Source of the DNA: Candidatus Thorarchaeota archaeon
Lineage (GTDB): Archaea > Asgardarchaeota > Thorarchaeia > Thorarchaeales > Thorarchaeaceae
Direction of reading: 5' to 3'
Length of the DNA: 43,596 bases
Assembly: GCA_048884785.1 (NCBI GenBank)
Contig: JBHLQM010000024.1
Location: 1 to 43,596 of the forward strand
In this document: in pieces, positions 35,371 through 43,596 of the stretch
Numbering within the stretch: the first letter of the stretch is position 1
Layout of the letters: each line of letters starts with the position of its first letter
Notes under the pieces: generated by a model
Told to the model about the DNA's origin: nothing
Databases searched by the model: none
The model's input: only the letters and a program-made list of their open reading frames with translations
Program-made: the position numbers and the translations under genes

Positions 35371-36135
35371 ATGAAAAAAATAGCTCTTATTGGTGTAACA
35401 GGAAAAGACTGGTGGGCAGATCCACGAAAAAAGGAGTTTGTTGAACTTCATACACCTCACGGATATCAGATGATAAACATGTATGCTAGATATGGGACTC
35501 ACAGTGTAGAGTCACATGTAGATGAAGCATACAATGCACCTTTCATTCTTGAGCAAATTGCTATTGCAAGCAAGAAAGGAGTGGATGCTATTATCATTGA
35601 TTGTGCATGCGACCCCATTCTAGATGCTGCTAGGGAAATTACTTCTATCCCTGTTATAGGAGTCCGACAAGCCGCATTTCATGTTGCCCTAATGTTAGGT
35701 AGAAGGTTTAGTATCATAACGGTACAAGGCGAGTCTCTGATGAAGTGTATGGAATCTGGTTTACGAAGAGAGGGGCTAGACCAGTTTTGTGCAGGAATCC
35801 GGTATCTTGGAATGCCTGTTCTGGACTTGGCTAAGTTTCCCGATAGAGCATATAATGAATTGCTAGAAATGGTTGAACTAGCTATTCAAGAAGATAAAGC
35901 CGATGTTGTTGTTCTAGGATGCACAGGGCTATCTCATGAAGTTGACACAAAACGAATATCGGAAGCCACTGGTGTGCCAATTATCGACCCTTATGTCGTT
36001 GGCGTCTGGACTGCAGTAATGCTCGTAGAAAGCAGACTTAGTCACAGCAAGAAAGCATACCCATCACCGCCAAAGAAATTTATTACGGAGATTCCTGAAC
36101 TGAAGGGCAGGTTTGATGGTATCCTGAAAGAGTAG
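35371..36135 (+). CDS. Asp/Glu/hydantoin racemase family protein
   Basis: DAIIIDCACDP, REITSIPVIG, VVVLGCTG, VPIIDP, LSHSKKAYPSP; both catalytic Cys present. Confidence 0.9.
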   Translation: MKKIALIGVTGKDWWADPRKKEFVELHTPHGYQMINMYARYGTHSVESHVDEAYNAPFILEQIAIASKKGVDAIIIDCACDPILDAAREITSIPVIGVRQAAFHVALMLGRRFSIITVQGESLMKCMESGLRREGLDQFCAGIRYLGMPVLDLAKFPDRAYNELLEMVELAIQEDKADVVVLGCTGLSHEVDTKRISEATGVPIIDPYVVGVWTAVMLVESRLSHSKKAYPSPPKKFITEIPELKGRFDGILKE

Positions 36136-36138
36136 ATA

Positions 36139-37368
36139 CTATCTTTTCGTCCTTAGTAGTATAACTATCACAATAAGAGATATGACAGCATAGATCGCCG
36201 TTGCGAGATACGGCAGAGCGAGTGAATAGCCTGCAATCCAGCCTCCCAGAATTGGTCCCGCAAAGAATCCCACTCCAGCTAGACTTTCTGCTATTCCTGC
36301 ATAAGCTCCTTTTTCTTCTTCAGTCGCCGACACAACTGTATAGAGTCCTCCTAGATATCCGAATCCCACACCAACACCAACGAGCACAAGTGATATTGAG
36401 AAGGCAAGAAACTCTGTCGTGAAGGATATCCCAAACATGCCGAAACCTATTACTGATGCTCCTGCAATCATTACAGATCCCATTTTTTCATGAGGGATTC
36501 TTGTGCAGAAAATAAACGCTAGTGTCCTTGACACATTCCATATCATCAGAAGATTTCCAAAGTCCTGTGATGTATAACCAGGGATGCTTTCAATATATGT
36601 TGGAAACAATGCCAGAAGGACCGTAGATGTGAATCCAAATAATGCAATGGATACGTACGATGCAAAAAAGCGGGGGCTTGTGCGGACATCACGGCCTTTG
36701 GTGAGTGTATCTAATTCCGCAACAGGATATGGAACATTTGCCTTTTGTCCAGTCTGCCTTCCCAATTGCTCACGTGTGTAGTTCTTAACGAGAGCCGCAA
36801 TCAATCCCAATGCTGCCAATTCGACTCCCAATACAACGTAGATGCTGGTGATGTTTCCAAGATATGTCGCTGAATATGCAATTAACATAGGGCTCAAGAC
36901 CATTCCGGCACTCCATGATGTGGAGAAATTACCTAGGACTGCACCTTGTGAATCAGGACATAATTCTGCGACAAGAGCCTCAACCGTAGGATAGAAGACT
37001 CCGAAAAACAGTCCCTCCAAGGCACGAATGATTATGAGATGAATGGGTAGAATGAATGGTTGGGGGTAGAGAAGCAAGATAGCAATGTATGATACTGTTG
37101 CGATTATTAGGGAGTTCTTTCTGCCGATGCGATCGGATACTTTTCCGCCAAGCACTGGAGATACCATGTAGACAATACCAAAAGACCCCATCGCCCACCC
37201 CATTTCATAGGATGAGGCGCCAAGAATCCCCGCATACCAGGGAGCGAAGATTTCAGTGGTACCCAAAGAGAAAGTTGCCATGAAGGTAAGTAGATATCCT
37301 ACAATTCTGGCTCTCTTCTTCTCAGGTTCAGATAGACAGGTCTCTAGGACATATTTTGCTTCAGTCAA
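36139..37368 (-). CDS. MFS transporter
   Basis: GKVSDRIGRK motif A, IRALEG, 12 TM helices. Confidence 0.92.
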   Translation of the reverse strand: MTEAKYVLETCLSEPEKKRARIVGYLLTFMATFSLGTTEIFAPWYAGILGASSYEMGWAMGSFGIVYMVSPVLGGKVSDRIGRKNSLIIATVSYIAILLLYPQPFILPIHLIIIRALEGLFFGVFYPTVEALVAELCPDSQGAVLGNFSTSWSAGMVLSPMLIAYSATYLGNITSIYVVLGVELAALGLIAALVKNYTREQLGRQTGQKANVPYPVAELDTLTKGRDVRTSPRFFASYVSIALFGFTSTVLLALFPTYIESIPGYTSQDFGNLLMIWNVSRTLAFIFCTRIPHEKMGSVMIAGASVIGFGMFGISFTTEFLAFSISLVLVGVGVGFGYLGGLYTVVSATEEEKGAYAGIAESLAGVGFFAGPILGGWIAGYSLALPYLATAIYAVISLIVIVILLRTKR

Positions 37369-37391
37369 TTGATCATCTCCCTATGCCGAAT

Positions 37392-38399
37392 TCATTTCAG
37401 ATGAGGTATGATTTCCTTCGCAATTGTTTTAGTTGTGGCAATAACGTCAGTTCCTGGCACTGGAAACAGCACTGGTGTATTTGCTCCTGCATCAACAATC
37501 TCCTGCAATTGCTTCAGACAGGATTCGACATTACCAACCACTCCTAAGGCTTGAACCATTTCATCAGTAACAAGATGACCGAAATCATTGCCTTTCTTTT
37601 CTTCCTCCCTGAATGCCAGAGTTGCTTTTTCAGAAATACCAGCATACTCCATGAGAGGTCCTCCGGCTTGGGAATGAGCAAGGTACAGTTTCATAAAGTT
37701 CCTAGCAACTGAAAGAGCTTCATCCAAATCATCATGGATGACCATTGGAAGATAGGATACCATTTCAAAGCCGTCAAGATTCTTGCCTGCCTTCTTCGCA
37801 CCTATTTTGATTCTATCCCAAGCAAACCTCACATATCCAGGCGTATTGAATATCGAAAGGATGGCACCATCTCCGATTTCCCCAGATAAAGCCAATCCCT
37901 GTTTTCCTTCAAATGCAAGGTAAATCGGGGGATCTGGTCTCACAGGTTTAAAGATCAATTTGACATCCTTGGCTTCAAAGAAATCGTCTTTATGATTAAT
38001 GAGATCTCCTGTCATAATTTTTCGAACAAGGTCAATGCACGCCCTCGTTCTTGAGAGTGGTTTTTCCACAGTGTATCCCATTTGAGACATCCAGTATGGA
38101 ACTCCTGAGCCCAATCCAAAAACAGTTCGCTGGTTTGACATCTCATCCAAAGTAGCAAATTCCATTGCAATCAGAGCTGGGTGTCTTGAGTAGGGATTAA
38201 CAACACCAAGCCCTATTCTAATCCTGCTCGTGGCCATGGCGGCTGCCGCCATGTAGGGAATGCCGCCTCTGAAGAAATAATCTTCTGCAAACCAGACTGA
38301 GCCTATGCCTAGCTTCTCAGCTGTTATAGCCAAATTAACTGCTTCCTTAACTGGGAAAACGCCAGTCATGGCGACTCCGAATTCCTTGAATCCCTTCAT
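37392..38399 (-). CDS. LLM-class, probably F420-dependent (Mer-like) oxidoreductase
   Basis: VWFAEDY, ATSRIRIGLGVVNPYSRHPALIAMEFATLDEMS, PPIYLA, GEIGDG. Confidence 0.88.
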   Translation of the reverse strand: MKGFKEFGVAMTGVFPVKEAVNLAITAEKLGIGSVWFAEDYFFRGGIPYMAAAAMATSRIRIGLGVVNPYSRHPALIAMEFATLDEMSNQRTVFGLGSGVPYWMSQMGYTVEKPLSRTRACIDLVRKIMTGDLINHKDDFFEAKDVKLIFKPVRPDPPIYLAFEGKQGLALSGEIGDGAILSIFNTPGYVRFAWDRIKIGAKKAGKNLDGFEMVSYLPMVIHDDLDEALSVARNFMKLYLAHSQAGGPLMEYAGISEKATLAFREEEKKGNDFGHLVTDEMVQALGVVGNVESCLKQLQEIVDAGANTPVLFPVPGTDVIATTKTIAKEIIPHLK

Positions 38400-38422
38400 A
38401 CATAATTCTCCTCGTTTAGGAC

Positions 38423-40342
38423 CTATGGCAAACGACCTTTCTTTTCAAGATGGTCTGCAACATCTTTCAATCCAAGTTTCTCATAGGTAGCTCTGTAGGG
38501 CCAGCTTGTCTTTAGGTCCCACTCATGGAGTGTATAATATCTGTCAAGCATACCGCTGAGCTCTTCTTCCGAGTTCATTGCACCTTTCAGAGGTCCTGAC
38601 GCAGCTCCTTCATTCATTAGCCTCCATGGGAGATTATCATGTGCTCGAGTCGCGCCGCGAGTTACATTGAATGCCTTTTCAAGGGTAACAACACGTCTAC
38701 CAGTCATCATCATTTCATCTTCAGACATTGTGATACCTGTCGCAGCCGCGTATAATCTAGCCATATTATCTGGATTAACTCCAAAAGCTGCAGTGGAGGT
38801 GAAAACACAGAAGCCAAGAGCTTCAGTGATCTCGTAGCAATCTTCATGCCAACGAACTATCTCTGCTCTGAAGTCTGTGAAGTGGGGCGACGCCCATTTC
38901 TTGTCACCTGTAACCTTCTCGATCACATCAACTGCTTCAGGGCTAGCTCCAAACTCAGCGAATGTCTCCGTCATGAGATGGTCATTTCCTCTTGGATTGA
39001 CCGCAAAAGCTAAGGCATATGCCTTCGCCGACCTTGTTTCAACATTCGACTGTTCTAGTCCTTTGGAATTCATAATTGCCCACTTGTAAGAATCGTGCCC
39101 AACTTTCTTTGTTGCAATCTTTAGACCATCTGCAAGTAGGTTGCCAAGCTTTCCATCTCTCGTGGCAAGCTTTTCAACAGCTTTGTAGATTTCGTCTATC
39201 TTGCCCCAATTAAGGTCTAGTCCATCAGTATCTTTCTTTGACAGAACCCCTCGCTGATAGCTCTCGATTGCCCATTGCACAACAGTTCCCGCAGTGATTG
39301 TATCAAGGCCAATTCTATTACACAGCTCATTCAATCTTAGAACGCCTTCTGTGTCAATTATGCCTGGCCCATTTCCTAGAGCGCCGAATGTTTCATACTC
39401 TGGCCCTCCACTAGCAAGACCTGCATTGCGCCCTTTTTCAATTACAGAGTACCTATGACATCCAATAGTGCATCCAAAACAAGCAACCCTACGTTTTAGA
39501 TACCCTTTTTCATTCAATGCCTGACCAGTAATTGCGTGAACATTTGGCGTATAACCCGTTTGCCAGTTTCTTCCTGGGAATGCATGTAACTCATTGACAG
39601 CTCCAATTGAACCCGCTGTTCCGAATTCATGCAGTGATTGCGCACCACTATCAGCCTTGAGTAGGTTTCTCATCTCCTTGGCAATGCTGGCAAATTTCTT
39701 TGGATCCTTGACTTTGATAGGTTTACTGCCTTTAACAGAAATGGCTTTCAAGTTCTTCTTGCCCATAGCTGCAGCTCCACCGCCTCTGCCTGCCGCGTGA
39801 TAGAGTGAACATTGAATGGATGCAGCTCGTACAAGCTTCTCACCAGCCGGTCCGATATATAGGCCTCTGGAATCTTCCCCATGCCATTTCTTTAGCAGTG
39901 CGTCTGTTTCAATGATATCCTTTCCCCAGAGTTTTTTCGCATCTAGAATCTCAACATGATCATCTACAATGTTAATGTAGGAGGGTCTATCGGCTTGATC
40001 ATGAACAACCAGATGGTCATAGCCCGCAAAGCGTAATTCGGCTCCCCAATGACCTCCTGTGTTGCTCTTCAAATATAATCCAGTTGTGCACCCAACTGTA
40101 GTCACAGAAGTTCTACCTGACGCTGGTGCCGTTGTTCCTGTTAATGCACCTGGACCGTAAATAATGACATTCCTTGGGTCATCCCATGTAATTTCTGAAT
40201 CCTTGCAATAGTCCCATAAAAGCTTGGCATTGATACCCCTAGATCCTACATAGAGTTTCCTCCATTCGTCCGGCAGCGTCTGGGTCCAAATCTTGCCATC
40301 TTTGAGGTTTACATGTAGAATCTTGCCTTGATGTCCATACAT
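38423..40342 (-). CDS. aor: Tungsten-dependent aldehyde:ferredoxin oxidoreductase family
   Basis: SNTGGHWGAELRFAGYD, IGPAGE, AAGRGGGAAAMGKKNLKAI, ACFGCTIGC, GPEYET, GLDTI, RGNDH, GFCVF. Confidence 0.93.
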   Translation of the reverse strand: MYGHQGKILHVNLKDGKIWTQTLPDEWRKLYVGSRGINAKLLWDYCKDSEITWDDPRNVIIYGPGALTGTTAPASGRTSVTTVGCTTGLYLKSNTGGHWGAELRFAGYDHLVVHDQADRPSYINIVDDHVEILDAKKLWGKDIIETDALLKKWHGEDSRGLYIGPAGEKLVRAASIQCSLYHAAGRGGGAAAMGKKNLKAISVKGSKPIKVKDPKKFASIAKEMRNLLKADSGAQSLHEFGTAGSIGAVNELHAFPGRNWQTGYTPNVHAITGQALNEKGYLKRRVACFGCTIGCHRYSVIEKGRNAGLASGGPEYETFGALGNGPGIIDTEGVLRLNELCNRIGLDTITAGTVVQWAIESYQRGVLSKKDTDGLDLNWGKIDEIYKAVEKLATRDGKLGNLLADGLKIATKKVGHDSYKWAIMNSKGLEQSNVETRSAKAYALAFAVNPRGNDHLMTETFAEFGASPEAVDVIEKVTGDKKWASPHFTDFRAEIVRWHEDCYEITEALGFCVFTSTAAFGVNPDNMARLYAAATGITMSEDEMMMTGRRVVTLEKAFNVTRGATRAHDNLPWRLMNEGAASGPLKGAMNSEEELSGMLDRYYTLHEWDLKTSWPYRATYEKLGLKDVADHLEKKGRLP

Positions 40343-40828
40343 CTATTTTGCCACCCCCTTCTCAACATCTCGATACATTGCCATCCTAGCAGAGCGGAGT
40401 TTCTTCTTGGCCGCATTATCAACCTCGTCTATCCACGAAAGAGCACCCGGGACACAATGCGGTGCACAATATGGATTCCCTCCACAGAGATCGCAGATGA
40501 GGGGTTTGTTCGTTTCCGGATGTAGTCTAATACCATGGTATGGACAAGCATCTACGCAGGAGCCACACTCATTGCATGATTCGATGTTAACACTAATGAT
40601 GCCAGTCTTTTCGTTTCGTGTTAGAGCACCTTCGGAACACGCATCAATACAAGGATGAGCCTCACATTGCTCGCAGAGCATCTGGATTCCTAATGCTATG
40701 TCCTCTTTCTTTAATATCTTAATTCGACTGCGATGAGGATCGAAGAGATCTTCTTTCGTCAGAGAGCACGCGAGGGCGCATTGCTTGCATCCTGTGCATT
40801 TCTTCATATCAACAAGCAACATATTCAT
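40343..40828 (-). CDS. Polyferredoxin 4Fe-4S subunit (AorA/CooF-like)
   Basis: CTGCKQCALAC, CEQC...PCIDAC, CNECGSCVDACP, CDLC...PYCAPHC; abuts aor. Confidence 0.92.
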   Translation of the reverse strand: MNMLLVDMKKCTGCKQCALACSLTKEDLFDPHRSRIKILKKEDIALGIQMLCEQCEAHPCIDACSEGALTRNEKTGIISVNIESCNECGSCVDACPYHGIRLHPETNKPLICDLCGGNPYCAPHCVPGALSWIDEVDNAAKKKLRSARMAMYRDVEKGVAK

Positions 40829-40990
40829 GAAGTTAAACCATCCCTAGGAATTTCTTAAACTGGTTCTAAACTTATGAATATCCCCCATTTTAATGTGTCC
40901 GTTTTCGTTATGTGGATGAATTCATAACGAAACGAATTCAGAAATGATATTAGCCCCTTTGAGTGTTCTTGACAGCAAGGAGCACTAAAA

Positions 40991-41431
40991 ATGAGCGATG
41001 CAGGTGATAGAGCCAAATCATATTTCTCGTCTGGGTTTAATTGTGCCCAGTCCGTCCTCAGAAGCGTACTTGAAGAGAAGAATATGTATTTTGATGAAGC
41101 TCCATTCCTTACTGCTGGATTTGGTGGCGGCATTGGATTGGAGGGAAACACATGTGGAGCAGTAACTGGAGCAGTAATGGCACTCGGAATGTTACTTGCT
41201 GAAAATCAAAAAGACCCCATTGAGGTAAAGAACAAGGCATACGCATTAACTCCCAAATTGCTGGAGCAATTTCGTGATAAATATGGCACAACTATGTGCT
41301 CGCAGCTCGTTGGATTCGACATGAAAGATGCCAGGGCAAGGCAAAAGGCGTCAGAAGAAAAACTATTCCAAAATATATGCCCGAAGTTTGTTAGCTCTGC
41401 TGTAGAAATTGTGCTCGCGTTGGAACTATGA
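40991..41431 (+). CDS. C-GCAxxG-C-C family putative redox protein
   Basis: GFNCAQSV, GFGGGIG, TCGAVTG, MCSQL, ICPKFV. Confidence 0.9.
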   Translation: MSDAGDRAKSYFSSGFNCAQSVLRSVLEEKNMYFDEAPFLTAGFGGGIGLEGNTCGAVTGAVMALGMLLAENQKDPIEVKNKAYALTPKLLEQFRDKYGTTMCSQLVGFDMKDARARQKASEEKLFQNICPKFVSSAVEIVLALEL

Positions 41432-41508
41432 CGGTATGAATCATCTATAGCAATCATTCATGTGTCTTATAATTCAATAATTCGATAGGATTCTACACGG
41501 GGAACTTC

Positions 41509-42603
41509 ATGAGGGATTGGTGGATAAGAGCTAAAGTACTTGGCTGTCTATTGATAGTGTTTGTTGGGGGAATCTCTGCAGTAACGTTCATCGGACTTCC
41601 TTACTATCCGAACGCATATCGTACGCAGACTGATACATATCCTCACTCTTTCATTCTAAGTAATGATACACCAAAGTGGAATGAAACACCTGAAGGATTC
41701 TTCGCAGAGGAGATCGGCTTGGTGTACCTGCAAACAAACAATACACCAGTGAACATCCTATTTCTTACTCAAAGCATGGAGGCAGTACTATCACTATATA
41801 ATGTTACCAAAATAACTGATATCATCATTTCCACTAATATCACTGAGGAAACCTCCATTATAGTTGAAAGAGTGGTTGGAGATGTGGAAGTCGAATTAAC
41901 AATACTAGTATTAAGCGTCATTCCTCCACCCCCAACGGCAATTCAAGCTGGTCCTGCAGCGGCCATATTGTTCTGCCTATTCTTTGTATTCATTGGAATT
42001 CTATTGCTATTCTTGGTGAAGGCCGAATCGCATTGGATTCTTCTGAAGGGAAATCGTCAACCTGCGTTAATCTCATTTCTTCTCATTGTAAGTATCCTCC
42101 TCATGACGCCATCTATTGTGGGAACATTAAATGGCTCATTTGCTTTAAGGGAGCAAATTGAAACAGTTGGTAGTGAAAGCAAGGTATTTGTATTGAATTC
42201 CTCAAACCCTTCAGATTTTGTGGAGATTGGCGGAGAAGCAGACTATGACAACTACACTATTCAAAAAGGACCTCAAAACAACGGAGAAAAGGCCTATCGA
42301 ATTATGATTCAAGATTCTCAGGGTAGTATTTTGGTGGATGCAACGTTTGTCAACTCCAGTCTTTGGATGATTGAAGGGATAGCTGCTAATGATACGAGCT
42401 ATTTCTTGTATATTCAACGAGCTGGCAGTGATGAAGAGGTTGAACTGATGTTTTCTAATACAAAGGTCATGATGAAGCCCAATCTAGATCCAACAGTTAG
42501 CAACATCCTGGCAATTTTGGGAAGCGCATTGTTTGCTCTAGCATTGGTCCTTGGGTTTAATACTAAGACGAAAGATGGTACTCAAAGGGCATCAGTAGTG
42601 TAA
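41509..42603 (+). CDS. Hypothetical membrane protein with two extracytoplasmic beta-rich domains
   Basis: Layout TM-domain-2TM-domain-TM; many N-x-S/T sequons. Confidence 0.7.
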   Translation: MRDWWIRAKVLGCLLIVFVGGISAVTFIGLPYYPNAYRTQTDTYPHSFILSNDTPKWNETPEGFFAEEIGLVYLQTNNTPVNILFLTQSMEAVLSLYNVTKITDIIISTNITEETSIIVERVVGDVEVELTILVLSVIPPPPTAIQAGPAAAILFCLFFVFIGILLLFLVKAESHWILLKGNRQPALISFLLIVSILLMTPSIVGTLNGSFALREQIETVGSESKVFVLNSSNPSDFVEIGGEADYDNYTIQKGPQNNGEKAYRIMIQDSQGSILVDATFVNSSLWMIEGIAANDTSYFLYIQRAGSDEEVELMFSNTKVMMKPNLDPTVSNILAILGSALFALALVLGFNTKTKDGTQRASVV

Positions 42604-42674
42604 ATGGTCTAGAGTAGAGAAAAGAAAAAATAGAAAAAGAGAGCATGGATGGAATTAGGGTTGGGGTTAATTGA

Positions 42675-43596
42675 GTGGAACCAATTGGCACAATCACTGT
42701 GTATTTACCATTCATGGACTCTCAAACAAAAAACGTCATAACCTCACTAATGAGGGATGCCTACAACTTTCACGATTTTGTTAAATCGCTATGTCAAAAG
42801 GTTTCCACTACAGATTCCCCAGGAAGCCTAGTCTTCTTTGCCGTCCATTTTGCAGCGCTTCTATTCGATTTCGAATCTCTCGATAAGATTGCAAAATCGT
42901 ATGGCAAATTGGATTTGATTCGTCCGAATCTCTTCTATGGAAGTGCGATGCAAGGACGCTCCGAAGACATGAAGAAAGTTAGAGATGCTGCAGATCAGGT
43001 TCTATCAAGCAATCCACCTGATTGGCTAGTCTTGGAGATGCACATGGTCAAACTTGAAGCAGAGAATGAAGAGTATCCTGCAAACATATATGATCACTCT
43101 ACTGGGGACAAAATAGAGCAGCTAATAGAGGATAAGCCCGAGTTTGAATTCTTAAAATCTCGAATCTATGACTCCTTGACAATTCGAGCGATTCGAGATG
43201 GTGATGAGGACGGAGCATTAGAACTAAATCAGATGGCGATTGAAAATGCTGAAGAATTCGACGATATAAACCGATTAGCGCACCTCCTTAGAACGAGAGC
43301 CGAATTAATCCATTCTTCAAACTGGACTGAAATGCTGGATTTGCTTGTTCGGTCACAAAGGCTCATGTCGGCAATGGGCGACAAGAACGGATTGGCTGAC
43401 GTCTTCTTTCAGCTTAGCAAATTGGAGTCTACACGAGGTTTCTATGACAATGCTATCGAACATAATCTTGAATGCATCAGAATTCGGGAATCTATGGGTG
43501 TATCTACCGGGATGTTTGCGCTGACAATCTCTACACTCTATAATGTAATTGGACAGAGTGAAGCTGGTTTTGAGTGGGCAAAATTGGCTGAGAATG
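42675..43596 (+). CDS. Tetratricopeptide-repeat protein; 3' end runs off the window
   Basis: Not in the ORF track. My translation from GTG 42675: MEPIGTITVYLPFMD...GDKNGLADVFFQLSKLESTRGFYDNAIEHNLECIRIRESMG, a TPR consensus. Confidence 0.8.
   Translation, partial: MEPIGTITVYLPFMDSQTKNVITSLMRDAYNFHDFVKSLCQKVSTTDSPGSLVFFAVHFAALLFDFESLDKIAKSYGKLDLIRPNLFYGSAMQGRSEDMKKVRDAADQVLSSNPPDWLVLEMHMVKLEAENEEYPANIYDHSTGDKIEQLIEDKPEFEFLKSRIYDSLTIRAIRDGDEDGALELNQMAIENAEEFDDINRLAHLLRTRAELIHSSNWTEMLDLLVRSQRLMSAMGDKNGLADVFFQLSKLESTRGFYDNAIEHNLECIRIRESMGVSTGMFALTISTLYNVIGQSEAGFEWAKLAEN

Noticed and set aside
40991-41431. Selenoprotein version of the C-GCAxxG-C-C protein
   Set aside because: All motif positions are TGT/TGC and the ORF is uninterrupted.
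1-43596. CRISPR arrays, tRNA/rRNA genes, transposases or integrases, and the many short antisense or overlapping ORFs in the track
   Set aside because: None was recognisable by eye. The short ORFs are shadows of well-supported genes (for example 2199-2651, 4257-4814, 8036-8572, 21522-22049).

Overview
A gene-dense archaeal window with about 40 CDS. I saw no rRNA, tRNA, CRISPR array or recognisable mobile element. TATA-type promoters, a GG-ending SAMP/MoaD, a tungsten AOR, F420-type LLM enzymes, an 'IDLxPL' leucine-rich-repeat protein and a TPR protein starting 'MEPIGTIT' suggest an Asgard archaeon, probably Thorarchaeota (inference, no search run). The left third holds regulators, redox genes, transporters and a pair of zinc-ribbon/B-box membrane proteins. 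About 15.6-26.4 kb is an anaerobic catabolic island: a glycyl radical enzyme of the diol-dehydratase type beside bacterial-type kdgK/eda, a PLP aminotransferase, an RraA aldolase, a UroD-family protein, a GlcD/GlcF-like pair and a SAMP. About 27.5-40.8 kb is a second island: APC permease, two DUF917 proteins, a metallophosphoesterase plus nucleotidyltransferase, a hydantoin racemase, MFS, LLM and AOR. The most striking signals not explained by the ORF track are: (1) a 27-aa hydrophobic micro-ORF (8739-8822) whose Shine-Dalgarno is locked by a long-range fold-back from its 3' UTR, with competing alternative pairings, plus a nearby structured candidate sRNA (about 7727-7894) that shares a 14-mer with it and is partly complementary to it, together resembling a type I toxin-antitoxin system; (2) the same palindromic operator, TTGTGCA-N7-TGCACAA, right after the TATA boxes of two separate thiol-redox genes; (3) a possible radical sugar-acid dehydratase feeding an Entner-Doudoroff-type route.
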